A stretch of 63,464 nt of DNA, filler included, from Licmophora abbreviata (taxonomy: Eukaryota), in NCBI GenBank assembly GCA_900291995.1. It is 14 parts of 14 records of this genome, joined end to end, with 100 filler letters (N's around TTAATTAATTAA, not from the genome) between each part and the next. Parts side by side here need not be neighbours in the genome. Positions count along the whole stretch, not along the records: positions 1 to 14,311 come from OLMU01005113.1; 13 more parts are not named here. One strand, given 5' to 3'. Numbering within the stretch: position 1 is the first letter of the stretch; each line of letters opens with the position of its first letter. A model generated the notes under the pieces. It made no database searches and was not told the DNA's origin. It worked only from the letters and a program-made list of their open reading frames with translations. The position numbers were made by a program, and so were the translations under genes. Below are positions 1 to 10,783 of the stretch, piece after piece.

Positions 1-1
1 C

Positions 2-472
2 GGTATCCGCGTTGGGAGCGACCGTCTGACCCTTTTGCGAGGCCACCCACCGCATCGCCCAGGATTTCAGGAAATCATACTGCGTGAACCGAAAGGCCCC
101 GGCGATCTGCTCGACACGCCTTGGGTGCCAGCCGGTATCCTCGAAAAAGCGCTGCGCGATCGTCTCGAGATCGGCCAATTCATCGGGATCGCCCCCGACA
201 ATCGCCAACGAGACCGACAGGAACACCGTGGGCAGATGCGCCAACGCATCGGCATGTTCGGCGGCGAAATGGGCCATCTCTTTCTGGTAATGCTGCATAT
301 GAAGCGATGCCGCGAGGATCGCCGCATCGAACCGCGCAATGTCGATCTCATCCGCGCCGCTTGCCTGCAACAGCTCCACCGAATGTCCCGCGGCGATCAA
401 CGTATCGGCGCAAACCTGACAGATGCGGCGGGTCTGGCCCTCGGTGGTGGCATAGACGATGAGGATTTTCAT
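2..472 (-). CDS. hemG: Flavodoxin-domain protoporphyrinogen oxidase (HemG family); 3' end runs off the window
   Basis: Not in the ORF track. Hand translation gives MKILIVYATTEGQTRRICQVCAD...FDAAILAASLHMQHY...FLSVSL...IAGAFRFTQYDFLKSWAMRWV, i.e. the flavodoxin FMN loop YATTEGQT plus HemG-type FLSVSL and AGA motifs. GGGGA RBS precedes the ATG. Confidence 0.8.
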   Translation of the reverse strand, partial: MKILIVYATTEGQTRRICQVCADTLIAAGHSVELLQASGADEIDIARFDAAILAASLHMQHYQKEMAHFAAEHADALAHLPTVFLSVSLAIVGGDPDELADLETIAQRFFEDTGWHPRRVEQIAGAFRFTQYDFLKSWAMRWVASQKGQTVAPNADT

Positions 473-499
473 GATGTCCCCCTGTTGCGGCTGACTGAC

Positions 500-548
500 A
501 TATCGCAAGCTACCACCCTGCAGGCGGCCCCGCCTTGTCATGCGTCAA
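500..548 (-). promoter_or_regulatory. Putative FNR-family (FnrL) class II promoter of hemG
   Basis: TTGTC-ATGC-GTCAA at 535-548 (1 mismatch to TTGAC-N4-GTCAA). Minus-strand -10 TAGCTT at 512-507 implies a TSS near 500, placing the box centre at -41.5. Confidence 0.6.
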
Positions 549-569
549 GCAAAGCGGGCAGGATCGTGG

Positions 570-1349
570 TCAGGCCGATTTGAGAGAGGGCGTCTGCGCA
601 CCCGCCGCCCATGCACGCGCAGCCTCGCCGAAGGCCTCGAACAAGGGCCGACTTACCGGATCGTTGGCGGCGTTGTATTCGGGGTGCCATTGCACGGCGA
701 GCGCAAAGCCCTTGGCCCCCTCGACATACAGCGCCTCGGGGGTGCCATCGGGTGCGAACCCGTCTATCACGACCCCCCGGCCCGGCCTGACGATGCCCTG
801 ACCATGCAGCGTGTTGGTCATCACCTCTTCGGCGCCCATCAGCCTGTGGAACACACCGCCCTTGGCAAAGCGGACCGCATGGCGCAGCGCGAATTTTTCC
901 TCGACCGTGCCGTTGGGTGGCATACGGTGATTGTCGCGCCCGGGCAATTCGCGGATTTCCGGGTGCAGCGTGCCACCAAGCGAAACGTTCATCTCCTGAA
1001 AGCCACGGCAGATGCCCATCACCGGCTGTCCGCGCTCAAGGCAGGCCCGCACCAGCGGCAGGGTGATCGCGTCGCGTGCCCGATCGAACGCGCCATGCGC
1101 CTCGGTGGCAGGCTCGCCATATTCCTCGGGATGGATATTGGGGCGCCCGCCGGTCAGCAGGAAGCCGTCGCACACCTCGAGCAATTCATCGACGCTGACA
1201 AATCTGGGATCGCTCGGCACCAGAAGAGGCATGCAGCCCGAAACACCCGACACCGCCTCGGAATTCATCATCCCACCGGCATGAACCGGGTAGCTGTCGT
1301 CGATCTTGTATCGGTTGCCGATGATGCCGATGACGGGGCGCATGGTCAT
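570..1349 (-). CDS. Gamma-glutamyl-gamma-aminobutyrate hydrolase family (peptidase C26, PuuD-like)
   Basis: MRPVIGI, DGFLLTGG, GICRGFQEMNV (nucleophile Cys) and AVQWHPE motifs; start trimmed to the ATG after the CAGGA RBS. Confidence 0.88.
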   Translation of the reverse strand: MTMRPVIGIIGNRYKIDDSYPVHAGGMMNSEAVSGVSGCMPLLVPSDPRFVSVDELLEVCDGFLLTGGRPNIHPEEYGEPATEAHGAFDRARDAITLPLVRACLERGQPVMGICRGFQEMNVSLGGTLHPEIRELPGRDNHRMPPNGTVEEKFALRHAVRFAKGGVFHRLMGAEEVMTNTLHGQGIVRPGRGVVIDGFAPDGTPEALYVEGAKGFALAVQWHPEYNAANDPVSRPLFEAFGEAARAWAAGAQTPSLKSA

Positions 1350-1599
1350 GGACGTCCTGTTCTTGCTGCTGACCGGAATGTAACGTGAGGATGACCATAG
1401 GAAAACGGCGATAACTGCACAACCGTCCGCGCATCCCTGCAGAACCTCTTTTCTCAACGCTTTCATAACGACTTGCTACTATCAAGGGCAGGTGAGGAAT
1501 GGCGCGGGCGCCGGTCCGTGCCCACATCCCCCGGCGGTCAAGAATCAGCGTTCGCGCGGGGAATCTGCGCCATTTCTCACACGACGCCCGCGCCGCATG

Positions 1600-1779
1600 T
1601 CACCTTTTGCCGGGCGATGACGGATCAGGCGATGCCGTGCCGCGCGAACGCCGGCAGCGTTCGGAACAATGGCGCACATTCTCCCAATCGCGCTCCCATT
1701 TCTTGCGCCACGTGAAAGGCCGCCCGCATGTGGCGCAGGTCTTCGACGGAAGATCGGATTTGCGCTTTTGCCGGGGCAT
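1600..1779 (-). CDS. DUF2256-type small Cys-rich protein (59 aa)
   Basis: Below the ORF-track cutoff. [44 protein letters not shown]...; the start overlaps the photolyase stop (TGATG). Confidence 0.85.
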   Translation of the reverse strand: MPRQKRKSDLPSKTCATCGRPFTWRKKWERDWENVRHCSERCRRSRGTASPDPSSPGKR

Positions 1780-3275
1780 CAGAAATCGAAGCTCATCTGG
1801 CGGTCAGGGGCGGGCATCGGGTCGCGGCGGCCCTTGCGGCTGCCATGCCGTGCCACCAGATCGCGCGCGGTTTCGCGAAAACCCTCGCGTCGGCACACGG
1901 CCCAGACCTGTTCTCGCGCGGTTTTGGCGGCGCGGGCCACATCGACCAGCGGCTCAGGGTATCGCCGACCCAACAGGCGCCCGGCCCCGCCCCAGGCCCA
2001 TGGTGTCTGCAGATAGGCGTCGGGCACATCGGCCAGTTCGGGCAACCAGCGGCGCGTGAAGGAACCGGTGGGGTCCTGATCATGACCTTGCTTGACCGGG
2101 TTGTAGATGCGGATCGTGTTCATCCCCGTGGTGCCGGATTGCATCTGCACCTGGCTCCAGTGGATGCCCGGCTCGTAATCGGTGAACAGCCGCGCCAGCA
2201 CCGGGCCGGTTGCCCGCCAGTCAAGCCACAGGTGATAGGACGCCACCGCCATCACCATGGACCGCATGCGGAAATTCAGCCAGCCGGTCGCCATCAGCGA
2301 CCGCATGCAGGCATCCACGAAGGGCAACCCGGTCTGCCCCGTGGCCCAGGCTTGCAGGCGCACGGCATCCGGGGTTTGCGGGCGCAATCCCTCATAGGCG
2401 GGATGCAAACAGCGATATTCAAGCGTCGGCTCATCCTCGAGTTTCTGGATGAAGTGATCCCGCCACGCCAGCCGCGACTGGAACGATCGCATCGACCCCG
2501 ACCAGCCATCGCGCCCGCCCTTGACAGCCGACGCCCGTGCCGCACCGGCCTGCACCGCTTCGCGCACCGACAGCGTGCCGAACGCAAGATGCGGACTGAT
2601 CCGCGAACAGGCCTGTGCCCCCTCATGCGGCGATGACATGGCGCGACGATAGGTTTGCCCACGGTCCTGCAGAAAGCTCTGCAAGGTCGCCTGTCCGGCC
2701 CGGCGCCCGCCCGTTTGGCGCTGCGGGCAGCTGTCCTTCAGCCCAAGGGCCATCGCATCCGGCAAGGCATCGCTTAACGCCTCAATACCCTGAAGCCCGA
2801 CCGGCACACCAAGCTGCGGTGCGCGCATGAACTCGTCGCGCCCGGATTGCCAGCGGTCGCGCGTCGCCAGCCGCCGCACGACACCGCATTGCGGCACCTC
2901 ATGCAAGATCACGCCCTGTGCCCGCGCCCAACCGGCCACGCGCCTATCACGCGCAAAGGTCCAGCCGTTCCCGGTTTCCTCATGGCTCACCAGCTGCGCC
3001 GCGCCAAAGCTCTGCCGCAGATCGTCGAGCACCTCCACGGCATCGCCCACCCGCAAGACAAGCCTGAGCCCCACACGCGCCAGATCGTCGCGCAGATCGG
3101 CCAGACACTCGGTCAGGAACGCATATTGCCGCCCCGAGGCATCGTCCTGCCGCCACAGCTCAGGTTCCAGAATATAGACAGGCAGCACAGGACCAAGCCC
3201 CGCCGCCATGTGGAGCGCGGGGTGATCGGCAATGCGCAGATCGCGCTTGAACCAGCAGATCACAGGGCCTGTCAT
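1779..3275 (-). CDS. Deoxyribodipyrimidine photolyase/cryptochrome family protein
   Basis: [59 protein letters not shown] and RIYNPVKQ motifs. Confidence 0.92.
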   Translation of the reverse strand: MTGPVICWFKRDLRIADHPALHMAAGLGPVLPVYILEPELWRQDDASGRQYAFLTECLADLRDDLARVGLRLVLRVGDAVEVLDDLRQSFGAAQLVSHEETGNGWTFARDRRVAGWARAQGVILHEVPQCGVVRRLATRDRWQSGRDEFMRAPQLGVPVGLQGIEALSDALPDAMALGLKDSCPQRQTGGRRAGQATLQSFLQDRGQTYRRAMSSPHEGAQACSRISPHLAFGTLSVREAVQAGAARASAVKGGRDGWSGSMRSFQSRLAWRDHFIQKLEDEPTLEYRCLHPAYEGLRPQTPDAVRLQAWATGQTGLPFVDACMRSLMATGWLNFRMRSMVMAVASYHLWLDWRATGPVLARLFTDYEPGIHWSQVQMQSGTTGMNTIRIYNPVKQGHDQDPTGSFTRRWLPELADVPDAYLQTPWAWGGAGRLLGRRYPEPLVDVARAAKTAREQVWAVCRREGFRETARDLVARHGSRKGRRDPMPAPDRQMSFDF

Positions 3276-3313
3276 GGCCTGTGATCTAGCGGATCATCGC
3301 AAGGCGAAAAGGG

Positions 3314-3511
3314 TCATTCGACAGGAACTTCGGCGCCAGTGCGCCCATCGATATAGGCATCGGGCTGACCCGGCTCCTGCCCCTGATAGGCAAGCCAGGT
3401 GATCAGTGCCAGCAACAGGACCCCGGCAAAGATCATCGCGCCGCGAATACCCCATAGCGCCGGTTTGTGATGCTGTTCCTGTTTGTCGATATCCGTCTTG
3501 GGGGCTGACAT
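3314..3511 (-). CDS. Small single-TM hypothetical protein (65 aa)
   Basis: Strong AAGGAGG RBS; one hydrophobic segment (AMIFAGVLLLALITWLAY). Confidence 0.7.
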   Translation of the reverse strand: MSAPKTDIDKQEQHHKPALWGIRGAMIFAGVLLLALITWLAYQGQEPGQPDAYIDGRTGAEVPVE

Positions 3512-3951
3512 AGCGTACCTCCTTGAACGGTTGGAGTGAGTTACATGGCCCCTCGATGAGCGACCACAGTCCTGACGTGGGGCGCGGGCCGGGATGCGAC
3601 AAGCCCCGCGTTCAGATCACCCCCGAAAAGGCCCAGCGCCTCACCGAACATGACAGCCGCGTGAGGCCGACCAATCCCTCCTCGCCTGCGCGGCGGCAGA
3701 CCGGCGGGCAAAAGCCGCATCGAAGGCCGCGCCGCATCGACGGTCACGATGACGTGAGCGATCGGGATACCCCGGCGCCCAAGGCCTCAGACCGGGTCAT
3801 GTCGCCCGGTACTGTCTTTAAGATATGCCAAGCGCACGTCACGCATTCGTGCAGCCCGCACGGCCCGCAGGACTTGCCGCATCGGGAATACGCTTTAACC
3901 TGCTCGTGCAACCTGCAATCCTGCACCGGATGCAGCATGACGGAGCCGAAA

Positions 3952-6504
3952 ATGAAAGACGCCGCACCGCAACCGATCTACCTTGCCGATTACACCCCGC
4001 CCAACTGGCTGATCGACGATGTGCATCTGACCTTTCGGCTTGCGCCGCATGCCACGCGGGTGGTGTCGCGCATAGCGTTCCGACCCAATCCCGACACGGG
4101 CTCGCGCGATTTCTTCCTGCATGGCGAGGCGCTGACCCTGATCGACGCCCGCATCGACCAAAAACCAGTCACGCCAGACCTGGTCGAGGGCGGACTGCGC
4201 TGCAGCGTGCCCGATGCGCCGTTCATCTGGGAATGCGAGGTCGAGATCGACCCAGCCAACAACACCGCCCTTGAAGGTCTTTACATGTCCTCGGGCATGT
4301 ATTGCACCCAATGCGAGGCCGAAGGCTTCCGCAAGATCACCTATTACCCCGATCGACCCGACGTGATGGCCACCTTCACCGTGCGGATCGAAGGCGACAT
4401 GCCGGTGCTGCTGTCAAACGGCAACCCGGTGTCGCAAGGCCCGGGTTTTGCCGAATGGCACGATCCATGGCCGAAACCGGCCTATCTGTTCGCTCTGGTC
4501 GCGGGCGATCTGGTCAATCACCCCGGTCAATTCACCACTAGATCGGGCCGTAACGTGGAGCTGAACATCTGGGTGCGCCCCGGTGACGAAGGCAAATGCG
4601 CCTTCGCGATGGAAGCCCTAAAAAAGTCGATGACCTGGGACGAGGATGTCTATGGGTGCGAGTATGATCTGGACATCTTCAACATCGTCGCGGTGGATGA
4701 TTTCAACATGGGCGCGATGGAAAACAAGGGGCTGAACATCTTCAACTCCTCCTGCGTTCTGGCCAGCCCCGAGACCAGCACCGACGCCAATTTCGAGCGG
4801 ATCGAGGCGATCATCGCGCACGAGTATTTCCACAACTGGACCGGCAACCGCATCACCTGTCGCGACTGGTTCCAGCTGTGCCTCAAGGAGGGGCTGACCG
4901 TCTATCGCGACGCCGTATTCACCTCGGACATGCGCAGCGCCCCGGTCAAGCGCATCTCGGACGTGATCGCCCTGCGCGCCCGCCAGTTCCGCGAGGATAA
5001 CGGCCCGCTCGCGCATCCCGTCCGACCCGAAAGCTTTGTCGAGATCAACAACTTCTATACCGCGACGATCTATGAAAAGGGCGCCGAGGTGATCGGCATG
5101 CTCAAGCGGCTGGTGGGCGATGACGCCTATGCGGAAGCGGTTCGGCTGTATTTCACCCGCCATGACGGGCAGGCCTGCACGATCGAGGATTGGCTCTCGG
5201 CCTTTCAGGATGTCACGGGCCGCGACCTTGCGCAGTTCAAACGCTGGTACTCTCAGGCCGGCACCCCCCGCCTCAAGGTCACCGAAGACTTCAAGGACGG
5301 CACCTATACGCTGCATTTCGAACAGCATACGCCGCCCACACCCGGCCAGCCCCACAAGGCGCCACAGGTCATCCCGATCGCCGTCGGCCTTCTGGGGCCA
5401 AATGGCGACGAGGTGCTGGAAACGACCGTGCTGGAAATGACCGAGGCGCGGCAAAGCTTTTCTTTCGAAGGGTTGCCCGCGCGCCCCGTCCCGTCGATCC
5501 TGCGCGACTTTTCCGCGCCTGTGATCCTCGAACGCGCCACGGACAACGCCGAACGCGCCTTCCTGCTGGCCCATGACACCGATCCCTTCAACAAATGGGA
5601 GGCCGGCCGCGCGCTGGCCCGCGACGGGCTGATCGCCCAAATCCGCGAGGGCGCCGCCCCCGATGCCGCCTATCTCGACGCGATCCACGCGATGGCCCGC
5701 GACGACAGCCTCGATCCCGCGTTCCGCGCGCTGGCGCTCGGCCTGCCCAGTCAGGACGATCTGGCGCAGACCCTTGCAGATCTGGGCACAACGCCCGATC
5801 CGCAGACGATATGGGAGGCGCTGGAAACCTTGCGTCAGGCCCGCGCGCAGCAGTGTCAGGATCTTGCAACCCGGCTTCATGCACAGTTTCAGGTGACCGA
5901 TCCCTACCGCCCGGATGCCGACCAATCCGGTGCGCGGGCGCTGGCCAATGCGGCCCTTGGCATGATCAGCCGTCTGGATGGCGGCGCGCAGGCGCAGCGC
6001 CAGTATGACGCCGCCGACAACATGACCCAGCAACTCGCCGCGCTGTCATGCCTGCTGCAATCGGGCACGGGCGCCGAAGCGGTCCAGCGCTTCTATGACC
6101 AGTGGCGCCATGACCGGCTGGTGATCGACAAGTGGTTCACGCTGCAGATCATCCATGCCGACCCGCAGGATGCAGCCGTCACCGCCGCACGGCTGACCGC
6201 GCATCCCGATTTTGACATGAAGAATCCCAACCGTTTCCGCGCCACGCTTGGCGCGCTCGCGGCCAATCCGGCGGGGTTTCATCATGCCTCGGGGGCCGGC
6301 TACGAACTGCTGGCCGAATGGCTGATCCGGCTCGATCCCGTCAACCCGCAGACGACGGCGCGCATGTGTTCGGCCTTCGAGACATGGAAACGCTATGACG
6401 CCGCCCGCCAAACCATAATCGCCAAGCAGCTCGACAGGATCCTGGACACTCCTGACCTCAGCCGCGACACGACCGAGATGGTCAGCCGCATCCGCGGCGC
6501 CTGA
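3952..6504 (+). CDS. pepN: Aminopeptidase N (M1 family)
   Basis: GAMENKGLNIFN, HEYFHNWTGNRITCRDWFQL and NNFYTATIYEKGAEV motifs; start set at MKDAAPQ after the CGGAG RBS. Confidence 0.97.
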   Translation: MKDAAPQPIYLADYTPPNWLIDDVHLTFRLAPHATRVVSRIAFRPNPDTGSRDFFLHGEALTLIDARIDQKPVTPDLVEGGLRCSVPDAPFIWECEVEIDPANNTALEGLYMSSGMYCTQCEAEGFRKITYYPDRPDVMATFTVRIEGDMPVLLSNGNPVSQGPGFAEWHDPWPKPAYLFALVAGDLVNHPGQFTTRSGRNVELNIWVRPGDEGKCAFAMEALKKSMTWDEDVYGCEYDLDIFNIVAVDDFNMGAMENKGLNIFNSSCVLASPETSTDANFERIEAIIAHEYFHNWTGNRITCRDWFQLCLKEGLTVYRDAVFTSDMRSAPVKRISDVIALRARQFREDNGPLAHPVRPESFVEINNFYTATIYEKGAEVIGMLKRLVGDDAYAEAVRLYFTRHDGQACTIEDWLSAFQDVTGRDLAQFKRWYSQAGTPRLKVTEDFKDGTYTLHFEQHTPPTPGQPHKAPQVIPIAVGLLGPNGDEVLETTVLEMTEARQSFSFEGLPARPVPSILRDFSAPVILERATDNAERAFLLAHDTDPFNKWEAGRALARDGLIAQIREGAAPDAAYLDAIHAMARDDSLDPAFRALALGLPSQDDLAQTLADLGTTPDPQTIWEALETLRQARAQQCQDLATRLHAQFQVTDPYRPDADQSGARALANAALGMISRLDGGAQAQRQYDAADNMTQQLAALSCLLQSGTGAEAVQRFYDQWRHDRLVIDKWFTLQIIHADPQDAAVTAARLTAHPDFDMKNPNRFRATLGALAANPAGFHHASGAGYELLAEWLIRLDPVNPQTTARMCSAFETWKRYDAARQTIIAKQLDRILDTPDLSRDTTEMVSRIRGA

Positions 6505-6512
6505 GCTTCGGA

Positions 6513-7184
6513 TCACTCCTGCGTGGCGAGCGTCGCCACGGTGGTGCTGCGCGCGCGCGGGCGCACGCTGCTCAGCGGCTTGCAATAGCTCTGCGCGCGG
6601 GTCCAGCGCATCATGTCGCTGCGCTTGTCGCTGTTGTGCAAGGGCCCCCAATCGGCGGCCACCCCGCGCTTTCCGCGTGACACGACCCCGTCGCGCGTCA
6701 CGGTCGTCGTCATGATCCGGATCGCACAGCTCAGGTTTTCCGGCCCATGCCTGAGCGCGGCCCCATCCTTGGCCCGGCACCCATAGCCGCGCGCGGTCGC
6801 CGGCAGGATTTGCAGCAGACCATGCCATCTGCCCCCGCCGCCAACCGCCTGCGGTCGATAGGTGCTTTCATGCTTGGCCAGCGCCGAAAGAAATCCCACC
6901 CAGAAGGCGCGGCGCTTTTCGGGCGCAGCCGTCGCATAGGCCGGACACCACTCCGCGATATCGCCGGGCACCATCGTTGTCAGCGGTTTTCCGTGATCCT
7001 TGAGCGCCGACAGCGCCGCGCGGGTCCAAAGCACCGATCCCGGCACATGCTCCCACCTTGTGCGCGGAATATTGCCGTCGCGCGCGGGGATGCTCAACAC
7101 CGCCTCTGAGCGCTCCGACTCGGCCATTGCAGGGACGCCAAACACCTGCATGGCAACGAAAAATATGACAAACCCCCTAAACAT
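6513..7184 (-). CDS. Lytic transglycosylase (SLT-domain) protein, exported
   Basis: Signal-peptide-like N-terminus; AKHESTY (catalytic ES) and GLLQILPATARGYGC motifs. Confidence 0.82.
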   Translation of the reverse strand: MFRGFVIFFVAMQVFGVPAMAESERSEAVLSIPARDGNIPRTRWEHVPGSVLWTRAALSALKDHGKPLTTMVPGDIAEWCPAYATAAPEKRRAFWVGFLSALAKHESTYRPQAVGGGGRWHGLLQILPATARGYGCRAKDGAALRHGPENLSCAIRIMTTTVTRDGVVSRGKRGVAADWGPLHNSDKRSDMMRWTRAQSYCKPLSSVRPRARSTTVATLATQE

Positions 7185-7331
7185 CGCCGCAGTCTGGCCG
7201 GATCCCGGAAATTAATCAATCACCGTCGCGCCTGTAATTCTCCCCGGCTTCTCCGCAAGCTTGCCCACTTTTGGCCGGATTACACCCGCAGGGTCCCGTC
7301 AGGGGCGAAACCAAAAGCAACCGGAGCGTTC

Positions 7332-8624
7332 ATGCCGTTCATGTCCAGATCACCCAAGGATCAAACCTCGACCGACGCAACAGATGCCAACGCGGCGGAT
7401 GGTTTTCTGGAAGGGGCGCTGTCGCGGCTGCGCCGCAAACCCGATCCCGACCTCGAAGACCTCATGAAGCGGATCATCCTGCCATCCCTGCCGGTCAGCG
7501 ACGAGGAAATGGCCCGCGCAACGCATCAGGACCTCGGGCTGAAACTGGCGCGTCAGGACCTCTGGGAGGATCTGGCCGACCGGATCGACTATGCCGACGA
7601 AAGCCGCCTTGCCACACCGGGCGGCGAAGCCGCGTCACTGCTTCTGGCGTTCGGGGCGCGCAGCGATCTGGTCGCCGCCGCCGAGGATGCCATCCATGAC
7701 GGGATGAATCCCGACATGTCCGGCATGGAGGCGATGGAGGATATTCTTCTGGATCATCACGACCGCCATGCCCTTGCGCTTGTCGTGGCTCTGTCGCATT
7801 TCGATATCGGTTGGGCCTTGCAGACCGCCACCACATCCGGAGAGCTCGCCGCCGGTCCCGACACCTCGGACCGGATCGACGCCCATTTCCAGCGCGCCGT
7901 GGATCTTCTGGCGCCTTACGATCCGCAAGAGCTCGACTCACCGTCACTGGCGGCGGCCAAATGTGCGCTTCTGGCCACGCAGCGCCATCCCGACCGGCGG
8001 GTGGCGGATGATTACGAAAACCTCATCACGCTCGATCCCGATTGCCCGCGCCACATGCGCGCGCTCGGATTTCATCTTCTGCCGCGCTATTACGGCACCT
8101 ATGACCAGCTCGAGCTCGAGGCCCGTCGCACCGCCGCGCGCACCGGCGAGGTCTGGGGATCGGGCGGCTATACTTGGGTCTATCTCGATGCGCTGGCCAC
8201 CGATGACGCGGCACTGATCCGGCTGGATGCGGATTACTTCATCGAAGGGCTGGAACATATCCTCGGCATCAAGCGCGATCAGCATGTGACCAACCAGCTT
8301 GCCGCCTTCTGTGCGATCACCATGGCCCCCGACCGCCCCCGCCCTGCGGCCTTGCCTGCAGGCAGCGAGGCGACAAGATCGAGGCTGCATGATTGTCTGG
8401 ACTGGATCCTGAGCCAGCACCTGACCGAGCTGCATCCGCTGGTCTGGTCCCAGACCCTGATGTCACCGGGCCTGACCCCTGCCCTGCCGTCGCGCCGGGC
8501 GCTGGTCACACGGGGGCGGCATGCCGCCTTGCGCGCCATCGCGCTGCGCTTTGCCAAGGATATCGCCGCCGGCCACACGATCGCCTTCTCGTCATCGGGC
8601 ATGTACCGGCTTCCGACACTCTGA
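7332..8624 (+). CDS. Hypothetical helical protein (430 aa)
   Basis: Long ORF with host-like codon use and GGAG RBS, filling the gap between SLT and gatB; no family recognised. Confidence 0.75.
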   Translation: MPFMSRSPKDQTSTDATDANAADGFLEGALSRLRRKPDPDLEDLMKRIILPSLPVSDEEMARATHQDLGLKLARQDLWEDLADRIDYADESRLATPGGEAASLLLAFGARSDLVAAAEDAIHDGMNPDMSGMEAMEDILLDHHDRHALALVVALSHFDIGWALQTATTSGELAAGPDTSDRIDAHFQRAVDLLAPYDPQELDSPSLAAAKCALLATQRHPDRRVADDYENLITLDPDCPRHMRALGFHLLPRYYGTYDQLELEARRTAARTGEVWGSGGYTWVYLDALATDDAALIRLDADYFIEGLEHILGIKRDQHVTNQLAAFCAITMAPDRPRPAALPAGSEATRSRLHDCLDWILSQHLTELHPLVWSQTLMSPGLTPALPSRRALVTRGRHAALRAIALRFAKDIAAGHTIAFSSSGMYRLPTL

Positions 8625-8710
8625 CCGACGCCGCCAGCCGCCATCCGCCCCTTGCCCGTCGACCGGGCTTGGCCTAGAACGCTCGCGTTGCGACCGATGG
8701 AGGCATGGTG

Positions 8711-10228
8711 ATGCTGGATCTGACTTACGACCCCCCGAAGCCCAAGGTGATCGCCGGGGCGAAGCATGACTGGGAACTGGTCATCGGTATGGAGGTCCAT
8801 GCGCAGGTGGCCTCGAAGGCCAAGCTGTTCTCGGGCGCCTCCACCGAATTCGGCGCCGAGCCGAATTCGAACGTGTCCTTTGTGGACGCGGCGATGCCGG
8901 GGATGCTGCCGGTCATCAATGAATTCTGCATCGAGCAGGCGGTGCGCACCGGGCTTGGCCTGAAGGCCAAGATCAACCTGTGGTCCGCCTTCGACCGCAA
9001 GAACTATTTCTATCCCGACCTGCCGCAGGGCTATCAGATCAGTCAGCTTTATCACCCGCTGGTGGGCGAGGGGGAAATCCTCGTGGACATGGAGCCGGGG
9101 ATCGCGCGGCTTGTGCGCATCGAACGCATCCATGTCGAGCAAGACGCGGGCAAGTCGATCCACGACATGGACCCGGCGATGTCCTTCGTCGATCTCAACC
9201 GCACCGGCGTGGCGCTGATGGAAATCGTCAGCCGCCCCGATATCCGCGGCCCCGAAGAGGCCGCAGCCTATGTCACCAAGCTGCGCCAGATCCTGCGCTA
9301 TCTGGGCACCTGCGACGGCAACATGCAAAACGGCAACCTGCGCGCCGATGTGAACGTGTCGATCTGTCGGCCCGGCGCCTATGAGAAATACATGGAAACG
9401 CAGGATTTCTCGCATCTCGGCACCCGTTGCGAGATCAAGAACATGAACTCCATGCGCTTCATCCAGCAAGCCATCGAATATGAAGCCCGCCGCCAGATCC
9501 AGATCGTCGAATCCGGCGGCTCGGTGGTACAGGAAACCCGGCTTTATGACCCCGACAAAGGCGAGACGCGCTCCATGCGCTCCAAGGAAGAAGCGCATGA
9601 TTACCGCTACTTCCCCGATCCCGACCTGCTGCCGCTGGAAATCGAACAGGCTTGGGTCGATGGCATCGAAGCCTCCCTCCCCGAACTGCCCGACGAGAAG
9701 AAAGCGCGTTTCATCGCCGATTACGGCGTCACGGAATATGACGCCAACGTGCTGACGGCGGATGTCGATCTGGCGCAGTATTTCGAGGATTCGGTCGCCG
9801 GTGGCGACGGCAAGCGCACCGCCAACTGGGTCATCAACGAGGTTCTGGGCCGCGCCAACAAGGCCGAGATCAGCCCCCGTCAGATCGTCGCCCCCGAGGT
9901 GAACGCCGCCATCCTCGCCATGGTCGCCCGCGACGAGATCTCGACCAAGATCGCCAAGGACGTGCTCGAACTCCATATCGAGACCGGCCGCGCCCCCGAC
10001 GAAATCGTCGCGACCGAAGGCATGAAGCAGGTCACCGACACCGGCGCGATCGAAGCCGCCGTAGATCAGATCATCGCCGACAATCCCGCACAGGTGGAAA
10101 AGGCCAAGGCCAATCCCAAACTGGCGGGCTGGTTCGTGGGGCAGGTGATGAAAGCCACCGGCGGCAAGGCCAACCCCAAGGCGGTCAACGACATCATCCA
10201 GCAGAAACTGGGCCTCGATCAGGGCTGA
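8711..10228 (+). CDS. gatB: Asp-tRNA(Asn)/Glu-tRNA(Gln) amidotransferase subunit B
   Basis: [26 protein letters not shown] and [18 protein letters not shown] motifs; GGAGG 7 nt upstream of ATG 8711. Confidence 0.98.
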   Translation: MLDLTYDPPKPKVIAGAKHDWELVIGMEVHAQVASKAKLFSGASTEFGAEPNSNVSFVDAAMPGMLPVINEFCIEQAVRTGLGLKAKINLWSAFDRKNYFYPDLPQGYQISQLYHPLVGEGEILVDMEPGIARLVRIERIHVEQDAGKSIHDMDPAMSFVDLNRTGVALMEIVSRPDIRGPEEAAAYVTKLRQILRYLGTCDGNMQNGNLRADVNVSICRPGAYEKYMETQDFSHLGTRCEIKNMNSMRFIQQAIEYEARRQIQIVESGGSVVQETRLYDPDKGETRSMRSKEEAHDYRYFPDPDLLPLEIEQAWVDGIEASLPELPDEKKARFIADYGVTEYDANVLTADVDLAQYFEDSVAGGDGKRTANWVINEVLGRANKAEISPRQIVAPEVNAAILAMVARDEISTKIAKDVLELHIETGRAPDEIVATEGMKQVTDTGAIEAAVDQIIADNPAQVEKAKANPKLAGWFVGQVMKATGGKANPKAVNDIIQQKLGLDQG

Positions 10229-10300
10229 GGGGCACGCCCCTCGCCCCGGTCCGGCTTGGGTGGGGTTTACCCTACCGGGCTCATCGGACAGGCGGATAGA

Positions 10301-10783
10301 ATGACCACATCAGTGCCCTTCATGTCCTCGCCGCTGGAAATCGAGCCGGGCTGGATCGACTTCAACCACCACCTGAACATGGGCTATTACACCGTCCTGT
10401 TCGACCGAGCCGCCGACGAGGTCTTTGCCGAATTCGGCTTCGGCCCAGACTATGCGGCGCGGGCCAATCACACGACGTTCGCCGCCGAATTCCACATCCG
10501 CTACCTGCGCGAGGTGAAACTCGGCGACACGCTGCGCTCCTCGTTCTGGCTGCTCGACCATGACGAAAAGCGGTTCCACACCTTTCAGGAGCTCTACCAT
10601 CAGGACGGCTGGCTGGCCGCCACCGGCGAGGGCATGACGCTGCATGTCGATCTTGACGGCCCCCGTGTTGCCCCCATGCCCGACGACATCCTGAGCCGTG
10701 TGCGCGCCATGGCCGCGCAACACGCACAACACCCCCGTCCCGACGGGGTCGGCTCTCAGATCGGCATCCGCCGCAAGCCCTGA
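10301..10783 (+). CDS. Hot-dog fold acyl-CoA thioesterase (4HBT-like)
   Basis: WIDFNHHLNMGYYTVLFD and EFHIRYLREV motifs. Confidence 0.85.
   Translation: MTTSVPFMSSPLEIEPGWIDFNHHLNMGYYTVLFDRAADEVFAEFGFGPDYAARANHTTFAAEFHIRYLREVKLGDTLRSSFWLLDHDEKRFHTFQELYHQDGWLAATGEGMTLHVDLDGPRVAPMPDDILSRVRAMAAQHAQHPRPDGVGSQIGIRRKP

Noticed and set aside
3523..3951. 143-aa N-terminal extension of PepN, or a hidden gene in this spacer
   Set aside because: Composition is not protein-like and a good RBS precedes ATG 3952; no convincing ORF or RNA structure found on either strand.
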